A stretch of 64,000 bases of DNA, taken from Psammoneis japonica. Taxonomy: Eukaryota. A model generated the notes under the pieces. That model was not told the DNA's origin. It did not search any database and was given only the letters and a program-made list of their open reading frames with translations. Position 1 is the stretch's first letter. Each line of letters opens with the position of its first letter. Shown piece by piece: positions 1 through 11,000 of the stretch. The stretch lies in contig QPGO01000136.1 in the NCBI GenBank assembly GCA_008632985.1, positions 124,001-188,000 of the forward strand, in the 5' to 3' direction. A program made the position numbers and the translations under genes.

Positions 1-39
1 TTCCTGATCTGCCCAGGACAACATGATGGTGCTGTTTGC

Positions 40-1227
40 ATGGGATCACTCTCCTTCACGAGGTTGCGCTTCTCCCTCAAGGACATTGCGTGGGCCGCAC
101 TGGATTTCGGCTGTGAAACAAACAATGAAAGCCAGCAGCACTTCCTCGATGGGCCCAAGGAAGTGCAAGCAAAAGAACTCGTCAATCTTGACTGCCATTT
201 GTGCATGTCAGGAGGATGCAGTGCTCTGTCCAATGCTGAATGGATGATCACCCACATTGCCGTCATGAGTGGATCGACTGAGTGTGATCTCATGGCAGCC
301 TCAGCTAATGTGAAGAATGTCAATTCGAACGAAGCAAAGAAAGTGTGCGCTGAGTGTGGAGGGCGAATGCGTCTGGCACTTGATCATTCAAATGATGAGG
401 CGGCAATGATTTCTTGGGCTGATGGCATTGTTGCGGATCTGTCAGAGAGTGCATGTGCTTTGGCAATGATGGAGTCAGAGTCTCGAACATCTTTTGACAG
501 CAAAGACAGATTGCGGACCATGTTCAGGAGAAGCAGTGGGCGACCTCTTCAACTCGTGGATTCACAGCATTTGCTTTCAAAGCTTCGAGACCGCTTGACT
601 TTTTGTGACTTGCAAAAAGCTTGTGGAGTTGCCGAGGCACTGGATTCTCGTACGATGATGGGAGTCCTTTTTGAGGAAATCATGCACAACTGGTTTCAAC
701 GAGTCAAGCCGACCCCGGCATCCAGGGTTTTGCATTCCCCTGGGGGGGAGACAGGAAAAGCTGGTGCCGCAGACCTGTCCAAAGAGCTGGCCTGCTGGAG
801 TCCAAGTGTGCCAAACTTTGCCAATGTTGGTGCTGCGTTTGTGGACAAAGCAACCGTTCTGCATTTTTTTTGTGCCCAGTGTGCCACAAGTGACTCTCAC
901 GAGTTCAACGCCTTGACGTTTGACACGGATTTCATCCTCGAACTGAAAAAGAGCTTCGTCAAAGGATTCCAAGAGATTGTGGTGTGTTTCACAGTTCCAT
1001 CTGGGGTGATCTTTGACGTTGAGGCACATGACGCTTTTGAGTGTGACAACGACTCAACAACCTGTCGGTTTGAGGTTGTTCATTTGAAATTCAGCAATGA
1101 CAACAAAATTGGTGCATTGGCCAGCGCCTTTCCCTTCTTGTCACAGGAAAAATTCTTGGGTTGCAGAGGTGCGCACGCTGCAGGCCGTGATTGTGAATGT
1201 GCCCACAGATCTGATTGCACCAAATGA
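40..1227 (+). pseudogene. Decayed Crinkler(CRN)-like protein, C-terminal part (restriction-endonuclease-like domain); 5' end probably outside the window
   Basis: 395-aa ORF with no Tyr and excess Cys/His. Motifs MGVLFEEIMHNWF and CWSPSVPNFANVGAAFV..LHFFCAQCATSDSHEFN resemble the YWxPxxxNFxxIDA...QxTxxxxH motif of CRN-type REase domains with Y->C changes. Lies in a TpA-depleted block. Confidence 0.45.
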
Positions 1228-1299
1228 ATGTGATGATGAAGAACAGATGGCAGCTGTCCGACGCACTGACAGAAAGGCGATGGAAGGATGCAGGCTGTG

Positions 1300-3250
1300 C
1301 TGGACTGGGGACTGAGTGAGACATGGGACTGTCTTCCAATGCCCTCCCTCGAGATGGAGCCAGTTGATTCACAATGATGTGAAAAAACTTGCAAGATCTT
1401 GCAAACCTTGGAAGAAAGTGCAATGGAGCACATTCCGTCAAGATTCTGAGCTCCTGCCACAAGAACATTGCCATCGTCAGACAAACTCAAGTGACCATCA
1501 CCAAGGTCACTGGAACTGCCTCGCCTGACAACATTCTGGCCATGCTGAACCCAGCTGCTTCCATCAAGTTCGCACACTCGGACAAATGCCTGAGTCTCAA
1601 CCGCCAGCATCTGATCCAATGGCTCCAACAGCTAAATGCAGACCTGTCAGCAGAAAGTTCTATGCTGGCACCATGCCAACTTTCGAAACTCTCTCTGTCC
1701 AGGTCTTGACCGCGCTGCTTCCAACTGTTGTTGTCAAAAGTCAAAAACTTTGACCCATCCAAAACCGTTGGCACCCCAAACGATTCCGACGGCGACTCTA
1801 CGTCCAGTGGAATCAAATGCAATGGATCGACATCAAGGGCAAACTCGCCCTCCAGGTCCTTACCAAGTTGGGTCCATTGGCTTCTAAAAGGGCAAATCCG
1901 AGCATGTCCGGCGTCCAACCTTCCCTGAGGATCGCCGAGGTGGGCAGTCATGGCCATGGCATGTCCGGTGCTAGACAAAGCCACGGCCCACCCAAATTCA
2001 TTGCCAGGTGCTGTGCCATTGACAGGCGAGCCCATGTTCTCCCACTCATCTTCTTCGGGCTCCTTGAGCTCGAAAACTGGGCTTGTCCAGTTTGCTGTGC
2101 AAAGTTCCTTGCACCGACGGCGACCCTGTTGCCATCACCACTCAGGGACATGTGGTGACCAAAGCCGGAGCCTTCATCTTCACGAATTGCCGGACCAAGT
2201 TAATCCCACTGGTCGCCATTCCGCTTGCATGCAATGACGGTTTGGCCTTGGTTTGCCCCCGTTGCAATTGTGCTGCCATCGTGGGATGCCTTGACACATG
2301 CCACAAGTCGACTTCCTTCATCAATGCCTTGGATTGTCTGCATGATGGCCACTTCCGCTGGACCAAGCGGCGTGGGTGTGGGAGATGGAGTTGGCATGTC
2401 GGTTTCTTTCACCGTGCCTTTCGGTGTGGGAGATGGTGTTGGCAAGACTGTGGGGGTTGGTGTTGGTGTGTCAGTTTCTTTCATCGTACCTTTCGGTGTG
2501 GGAGATGATGGTGTTGGTGAGACTGTGTCTTCCTCCAGTGTGATTGATGATGTTGGCGTGGCGGTTGCTTCAACCGTGAGAAAGACAGTGACAGCTGATC
2601 TGCAGATTGGGTGCCAATTGCTGCACCTGCCACTGCCCCAATGGCTGCAATCAGTGCAATGATTCCAGAAGTGACGAACCACCTGCGCCTCCACAATGGA
2701 GTCTTGGCCCTCTGGTCAGTGTTTTTTCTCTCATCTGGGAGTCTGCTCTCCCTGACCAAACCCTCTTCTGCTGTGTCATCTACAGCCTGTGCAGTGACAG
2801 CTCAATGAAGCACATCTTAGACTTCTTGCCCAATTTTGCAGTGAAGCTCTTGGCCAGTTTCATTCGCCAAATCCTCATGTGTGACCGCATGTGCGACTGC
2901 AGTCTGAGGACAATCAGAGTTGGTTGAAAGGTTGTCTCGAGAGGCATCACAGAGATTGGGGCCTGCAATGGCATGAGCACCTGCTTGCGCATTAAATGAT
3001 GCATTTGCTTGCTGCGTTCTTCCATCAACGGATGAGTTGTGCTGGCCACTGACTTGAGCGCCAACCACGGAACTCCGCGGCGCTGGCAGCACGGGCCTCA
3101 GCAGCAGAGTGAGCAATGACGCACTTAAAGAACTTTCATTTTGAGGACCACGTGAGCATGGTGTCAGTCTGCTGGCCTTCTTCTTCTCTGCTTCTTTCAA
3201 AGCTTCTGTGTCGGTCTTGTCTTGTTGGCTTGCTTGACAGCGTGTGCCAC
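1300..3250 (-). pseudogene. Decayed type II membrane protein with FG-GAP/integrin-alpha-like beta-propeller repeats and a Thr/Pro linker
   Basis: Pieces in several frames: N-terminal QAGAHAIAGP, TM helix WFVTSGIIALIAAIGAVAGAAIG (about 2610-2680), TPTPSPTP repeats (2370-2530), and repeats MSLSGDGNRVAVGA, GNEFGWAVALSSTG, WTQLGKDLEGE, WKQRGQDLDRE, LSLSDDGNVLVAGA. Multiple frameshifts, no Tyr. Confidence 0.65.
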
Positions 3251-4688
3251 TCTCACATTTGGCCATGGCACATCTCTCCCTCGAAGGAGGATGCATCATC
3301 ACATTTACCCACACAATGCAATCCCATGCCTCAGCAGTGTCGGAGTTTGTGCTTTTGTTCATGGTGACAACTTCAAAGCAAAGGGCATTGAAATTCTGAG
3401 CAGAGGTGTTCATGTGATCATGAAGCCTTGTGACACAGTTTTTCCCATTGCACTCATGACAAGAGAGAGACCTCCACCTTGCACCAGTGAGACACACAAA
3501 ATTTTTTCTCTTGCTGGGTCTGCCCCGTTTCTGCACACCAACAGCAGCATCAAGCTCAGTCCACTTGCAATGGCTTTGGCAAACAACTTCTTCAGTGCCT
3601 TTTCTGCCTGCTCTTGTGCAATGCTCTCAAGAGGGTTTTGTGTGTGAGGCCAAGACTTTGTTCCTCAAAGCCCTTTTTCTTTGCACCCAGGTAGAGATCT
3701 TCTCTCACTTGTCAGCCAATGCACTCATTGAAGGTGTTTCATGCCCATTCATTTGAGTTTGTGCAAGAACCTTTGTCAAGTTGTCTGCTGGTGCACGCGC
3801 ACTTCTTGCAGAGAAAAGAGAGCTCTTTTCCTCTTCTGCTGGGAGCCTTCAATTTGCTCTCTTGTCTTCTGAGCTGCTTCTTTGCTTTTCTTTTTTTGCT
3901 TGAAATTCTTTGGCTGCGCTGCTGCTGACTGCATCTGAGAATGCTGATGAAGCCAGCAATTTCTGCCACACTGAACGAGACACAAGAGACTGCCTCACAA
4001 CCTTCAAGAGAGTCTTTGCAACATTCATTGTGTTTTGGAAAGGAGGAGGAGCCTGCCCCATTTTTGCTGGAGAGGGTTTCCTCTTCTGCTTGCTCAAAAC
4101 ACTGCTCTCTTGCCACAGGCTTGATGGTCAACAAACATGACAAAAGGCTTGAGAGTGCAAACACCAAATGCCTTTTTTGTGCATGTGGGCTGCATCCATC
4201 CTCTGCTGGTGGACTGTGCAGCATCATGCTGCCATGCCAGCACACAGGTGCCGTGTCTGCACATGAAATTTGCTTTGGTGGGGTGCAAAGCATCAACCAG
4301 GAGGCGGGGGGGTTGTGGTCTTGGCCCCGCCTCTTCTGGCATTGCGCACACAGCAGCCAAGCTCTTTCTTGGCTGACTGGGCACACCACGCTTGGCCGGA
4401 GAGCCAATGCTTTCATCCAAAGAATCTTGATCTTGGAGTTCACGTTTGGCAGGTGTTTTGAGTTGAGGAAGCACTTTGCATCTTTTGAGCTGCACATGGT
4501 TCTTCAAGCTTGCCCCCCTCTTGTCTTGCCGTTGAACACAAAAGCGCGCATGAGCGGCGAGCAACAACAACTGCGTCGCGTGAAGCGCAAAAGCAGTGGA
4601 AGTGTCTTTGTTCAGAACCGCCACTCTTTGGCAGCAGCAGTGGCAGCAGCAGCAGCATGGCATTTGCGACTGCTCATGCTGTCCAGGT

Positions 4689-4867
4689 TGCAACGACAGC
4701 ACACCGTGGTCTGTCCATCGTCAGACCAGAGCCAGAAGGAAGTGACGTAGAGAGTCCAGGAGGCTGACACCATGCCTTGACACCTTTGAACCTGGTGTCA
4801 TGTCACGAGGCTCTCTGTCCACTCACAATTCGGCAACCATCCACATTGACAACATGCCCACGTTGTG
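4689..4867 (+). repeat. 5' LTR (mutated copy)
   Basis: tgcaacgacagc...cccacgttgtg. Aligns with 14258-14447 with 10 substitutions and 4 indels. Confidence 0.95.
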
Positions 4868-4882
4868 TGGAATCCCACCCGG
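4868..4882 (+). promoter_or_regulatory. Putative primer-binding site
   Basis: TGGAATCCCACCCGG directly follows the 5' LTR and starts with TGG (complement of tRNA CCA). Cognate tRNA not identified. Confidence 0.6.
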
Positions 4883-4920
4883 TGGCAGCTGTCGAATCTG
4901 TCAGCTCTGTCTGTTGAGTG

Positions 4921-7900
4921 ATGAGCATGGTGCATGGTTGTGGCGGCCGTGGAGCCGGCAGGGTGAACCGCCCGTCGGATTTGACTTTGGATTTAGCACA
5001 AGAGCATTGGAATGATTGCACTTTCCAGGTCCCAGCAAAGCCGGACAAGTTGTCCTCCTTGAGTGTTCAGTGCCGTGAATGTTGTTTCCAACAGACTCTT
5101 TCCGGCATCTTGAGCAATGCAACAGCCGGGTCTCAGACAAAGCTTGAGATGCTGTTGAGTCACTTCGACTGTGCACATCTTCCCCAAGAAGTGAACGGTG
5201 CGTTAGAGCGTTCACATGACAACACGGCAGGCGTTGACAAGCCTGTTGTTGCCATGGAGGCGCCGGCGGGTGCATTCACACACTCCGACCCGGCAATCCA
5301 GAACGATGTCGGTGAGCGAATCAACACACCGGTTGCGGGGGCAGTGAACATGGCAGCTGTGGTGCATCGTGCGTCATGCTGCTGCACCTTCAAGTTGACG
5401 GTTGACGCATGTGCGGCCGCGCAAGATTTGGATGCGGCCACTCTTGATGAGGTCGCGTTTCCGATCCAACAATTCAACGTGGCAGTCATGATCCTGCAGG
5501 TGGTGATTAACAACCCAGCAAACCCGGATGACAGCCGCAAGGTTCTCCCACCCGGGTTCACTGCCGATGTTGTTCTCAACCCGGTGCCATTCTTGACTGC
5601 ACTCAGGATGTGCCTCGGTGGTGCGGTTCCCACCCTGGGCCAATTAGGAAGTCCAAACAGTGCCTTGCCGGCGAGCTTGGACAGTTGTCATTTCAGGTGC
5701 AGTTTCATGTGCTGCTTCCATGAATGCCGCTTCCGGCTCACGCGGTTCTCACCACGGTCGGGATTTTTGGGGGACTTGGCACGAGACTCATCCTACACTG
5801 CTGCCGCCATTCAGAACCTGAAACAAGCCCAGTTTGATCCGGCCGCTGGAGGTCATGTGGAACTGTCGGCAGAGCAATGCTGCATCAAATCTGCCGATTT
5901 GGTCAGCCTGTGCGACCTTGCGGAACGTTGCCCCATCAATTTGGCTCAAGTTTTTTGGGCCAGCTTAAAAGCGGACATCCGCCAACAAGCCAATTCTCAA
6001 GAACCTCCCCATCATGTCCCTCCTGCTCCGGCCAATGAGACCAACACTCAAGCGGATGCACGCTTGCGAGCGGCATGCACGTCTGCGACCTCTTTCGTGC
6101 GGCAATTGCAACAAATCGAAAATCAAGCGCGTCGAGTCATGCGAGCACCTGGTCGAGGCCCCACGAGGGTGTTGGAAGCACTTCCCACAGATTCAGGTGT
6201 GCCAGAAGACACTGGCTTGCCTCTTCAGGTGCAGCAGGCAGACTGGATGCCGGGCGCGTGGGAATGTGTGGCACAGGACGAAAGCAATTCGTTCGTGCAG
6301 CCTTCGGCCCCCTCGTTCATGCTCGAAGACCCTTCCACTTGTCTCAGCGCGGCTGAAACGTCTCTCCAAAATGCCACTGGGACTGTTTGCCCTCCCATGG
6401 AATGTTGGGGATGTGCAGGTCATCCACGCAACCGCGCACGCAGGTTCGAGCACACATGGAGCAGTTGCCCCTGTCGCTCCAACCCTCAAGCCCAAGCTTT
6501 GGCAAAGAAAGCTTGCACGGCATTCATCGAGGCAAGGAAAAAGCGATTGACCCATGACAGTGGGACGGCGGCCCCACCAGCCTGGTCCAATCCTCATCGG
6601 GCTCCGGCACCTCCAAATCCCCCTGCAGCGGTCATGGTCCCCAGGCCGCCGGTTCCGGCATTTGCAGCGGTGCCGCAGAACCCTGGAGAAACGGCACCCC
6701 AAGAATCTAATTGGGAGGCGCAAGGCTTCCCCTCTGATCAAGCTGCGCAATTGGCATTGGCTGTCTCTTCTCCAGCCACAACAGCAGCAACCTGCAAGGC
6801 GTGTTTCCAGGCACTGTTGAGGCTGAAGCGCCAGAAGACTGCCCAGCATCCAGCCGAGATTGAAACCTTGACGCCAGAGGCCGATCAAGATGACCAGCCA
6901 CCTGTCTGCCACCCGTTCTTCTTCCAACCAAGGGTGTGTCAAACTCTTAAAGTGGCTGTTCGAGTGTCTGATGTCAAACTCAGCACAAGTCATGTCATGC
7001 CGCACACCAGTTTCCCCATCGGTGAAAAAGGGGAGGCGGCATTGACCGTTGTGGTGGATGCATGTGGCGGGCTCAACGCAGGTCGATTGGCTCATCATTG
7101 GAGCATCATGCAGGCCAACCCGCGGTTGATCGAACATTTCGCGTGGATCAAGGACATCCCCAGTTTCGACCCCTTCAGTGTCAGCGGGTTGGAAAAAGAC
7201 TCCACCACGGAGTTCACGGCGGTGACAGTGTGCAAGACGCCATGTCAGCTCAGTGGGCGACGGGTCACCATTTCGCTTGGGTTGGTGGAGACGGCGTCAG
7301 CGAATTCATTGCTGGATCCACCGTTCATCCGGGCGTCTAATTCGGCGCTGTTGTTTGACAGTGACAAACCAGAAATCACGCTGGTGCAAAAGCTTGGCAC
7401 GGCTCTTCAGCTTCTGTGCCAAGCACCATCATGCGCAGACAAAGTCCCGTCAAACCCAGAAGGCGTCCAGGCAACATGCAAGATGACGGCGGACGGCCTT
7501 CAAGCAGTCAATGAGGCAAGGCGCGTAGACTCGCCGGAAGCTCCCACAAGGGTGATTGCGACAAGACGACCGTCTCAACCAATGTCCTTCCGCAACCACT
7601 GCTTCCAGGCTTTGCAAAATGCCATTGATCGAGCAGCCGATGCGGCAGAGACCCTGGCGACTGTAAAGGTGTGCCGCGGCATGGCGGTGTCCTCCGACAT
7701 GACAGGTTTTTTCCAGTTGCCGCGGGATCCGGCGGACGACGAGTTAGATGCAGCACTCGATTCTTCACCATGTCGAGATGCGACCTTGTGGCCGGCATCT
7801 CCGCCTTTGCACTTTGAACCAGCTTGTCATGCGGCCTTTCAGGTGGGTGGCAGTTTAGTTCTGTTTCTCCCCTCCCAGCGCCCTGACCCTGGGCGACACG

Positions 7901-7992
7901 GCTTCTATCCCAACTTGTTAGAGCAACAATCAGGACAGTGTGAGCTCGACAGCCGCAAACGCACTCATGTCCAAGCACACCAGCAAGAATGA
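4921..7992 (+). pseudogene. Gypsy gag plus aspartic protease region (degenerate)
   Basis: About 1020-aa ORF with zinc-knuckle-like CWGCAGH...HTWSSCP and protease-like VVVDACGGLNAG. Only 2 Tyr. Ends at a TGA in the same frame as the following pol ORF (8017), so it was probably once a single polyprotein (CGA->TGA). Confidence 0.75.
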
Positions 7993-8016
7993 CAGCTGCT
8001 CTCCCTGGATCCACCG

Positions 8017-11000
8017 GTGCACCACCTGTCGTCGGCATGCGTGCAAGTGTTGCCGGCATTCCAAAAAGGCCTTTGGGGACAGGCGGAGCCGTGCGCATTT
8101 TTAGTCAACCTGCAATGCAGCGCCGACCAAAGCACAGTTGCTGCCACATGTGCCGCTGCTGCACATGCCACACATCTGGATTCTTCCGATGATTCATTGT
8201 CCACATTTAAAACTGCATCAACTGCATCCATCCATTCCTTTCCTGCCTCCTCCAACAGCAATCAACTGCCACCCAGGTCCATGCATCATGAACTGGTGGA
8301 ACCGGTGGTTCCAGTTCAACCTTCGCCCAATGCGCAATGCACAGTGCGGGCAGAAAAGAAAATCTGGAGACCACGTCTACCATCTCAGTGCGTCGACCCG
8401 GGAGACTGCCCGGATGTTCTGGATGGAATGGAGGTTGTCTTCAAGCAGCACGGGTGCTCTCTGTGCCGCGCCAAGGACCCTTTGCCCCCCAGAACGGATG
8501 TTGTTTTATTTGATCTGCAAAAACATCAGGCCAAACTCAACAAAAATGTCCAATGGCATGAATGCCCAGAAGAACACAAGCCTGAGGTGACGTCTGTCAT
8601 CAAGCAACATTGGGATTGTTTCTGCGAGGAAGGGCTGCGCAAGCATGTCCGCGGATTCTCATGCCATGTTGACACCGGTGCCATCGCCCCGGTGTGCTGC
8701 AAGCCGCCACGATGTGGCCCTCACGAAGCCCAAGTCATGAACAAGCTTGTCCAACATTTGGATGATGATGGACTTGCCAAGGTGGACGACGAAAGCCCTT
8801 GGGGTGCGCTTGTGGTGTTGGCTGCAAAGCCTCATCAAGAGCATGTCCCGTGGCATGAATGCATCTGGCAGTTGTGTGCATCACACCGGAGATTGAATCA
8901 AGTGACGCGGCTGTTCGCATTTCCGGTCCCACGATGCGACGATGCGCACAAGACATCCCTCCACATGCAAAGGTTTTTCTTGCCTTCGATCTTGATTGCG
9001 GGTGTTGGCAAGTCGTGTTGGATGAATTGTCAAGAGCCAAAACGGCTTTCTTTGCGCCCACAGGCAAACGATGTTGGACCGCACTCCCAATGGGGTTCAT
9101 CAATGCACATGCCATCTTTGTGGCCATGTCCTTGGAGCTGTGAAAGATGTGGAACAAAGAAATTGCCAAGCAACACCCTCAACTGCCAGCTCAAGCACAG
9201 GCAGGTGCAATCACAAAACATCGGAACCCAGACCAATGTGGAGCCAATGTCATTGTTGACGATGCATTGATTTGGGCAGTCCACCCCAAGGCCCTGTTGA
9301 CATGCTTTCGGGGGGTCTGTGAAGTCTTGATCTTCCATTGCGTCACTTTAAAACTCAAGAAATGCAAGTTTCTGTGCCCCAGGATTGAGTTCGTCAGCGT
9401 GGATGTCCATCCCCTTGGTGACTCTCCTGCCCTTTCCAAACAGGATGCGTTCCGCAACCTCCCCTGCCCGCGGTCTTGGAGTGATTTGCGCATTTTAATT
9501 GGAGTGCATGGCTTTCATCAAAGCTGGATTTACAACTTTGAAGCAAGGATGCTGCCATTCTGCAAGCTCCAGCTCGCGGCCCCCAAGCCAGGCTCGCTCT
9601 CGCTCCCCCAAGAACAGAGCCGCTTCAAGTCGTTGTGGTTGCCAGAACATCAAGCATTGTTCGAAACACTGCAAAAGGACATGGTGTCCGATCTCATGCT
9701 GGCATGCCCTGATCATGCACGTCGGTTCTACGTGAAAACTGACTGGTTGAAGGAGGCACTGGGCACAGTCCTGTGCCAGGCGGACGAGAAGGACGTGTTG
9801 GTGTTTGATGCGGAAATGGCAGAAATCGAAGGCGGCCCGTGTTTCTTCGACTTACATTGCAAAGGCATTCACCTCCACCCCATTCAGTTCCCATCACGCA
9901 CCACCACAGATTCGGAAAAGAAGTGTCACTCCTTTGTGGGTGAGATGTCCATCCCGCAATGGGTGTTTCCAAAATGGCAGAAATGTTTGGCAGGACGAGA
10001 GTTCACTTTGCTTGCAGATGTGAACAGCATGCGGGAGTTTGTGGATCATACAGCCAACCCACCCAATGGCCAAATGCAGCGATGGCTCCAAGAGTTGATG
10101 TCATGCTCCTTTGTGTGTGAACACAGGCTGAGTGAAATGGCAACAGAATGCAACATGCTCACGCAATGTGACACCGACACAGCGTCATGGCAAGAAAAGC
10201 TCCAGGACCCATCTCCAACTCCACAAAATGTCAGCAAGGTCACCGATGTCCAAAATGACCGGAAAGGGTCATCCACTGGGGCAGAAATGTGTCTCCCATC
10301 TGTCCACGTGATGGCGGCACCACCACCCACTTTTCGGACAGGACCGGTGATGCAGGTCAGACGCAAACCTTCTTGGCAATTTGCCTCCACTCTGGCACGG
10401 ATGGCAACTCCAACCCGTGCGGTGCTTTGTCTTGGACCGGTGTTGTTTCTGCTGCAAGAGGCATGTTCGCAGGCCGCAGCTCGGCCAGATGCACAACTGA
10501 CCATTGATCAAAGCCTCAATGCAAAAGCGCACCCGGGGTTGCAGCTCATCGATGGCCCACAGTTCTTTGATGCCGTGATTCATTCATCCACCCATTTCAA
10601 ATGCATTGATTCGTTCTTCGCCCTGTGCAGAATTTTGGACCCGCAGCCAACTGCGAAACTCAACAGCACGGCTCCACACGAATGGTGCGATGAAATGACA
10701 GGGCACGTAAAAGTCCTGCAGGCGAGATTGTTCCTAAGAGCGGTGGTGCTCTTTGTCCCGGCGGTGCTGCCGAATCTTGCAAAACAAATTCGCCAAAGCC
10801 TGCCCGTCAATGGCATTAATTGGGCGATCCGGTCCTTTTGTTGTGCCAACACTAAACATGGGGGCGCCATCAGACCGATCACACGGTCATTGTCATGGTG
10901 ACCTCGGCCACAATTGGGCAACTTCATCCAGGTGACAGCACCGAGGATCCAGCGCCAATTTGTCAATCCTCAAGCCCTCCCCAGCAGCGTGTTCTGTTGC

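Noticed and set aside
3250..4688. Possible further gene or transposase relic left of the LTR element
   Set aside because: TpA-depleted, but I could not recognise any motif or terminal repeat.
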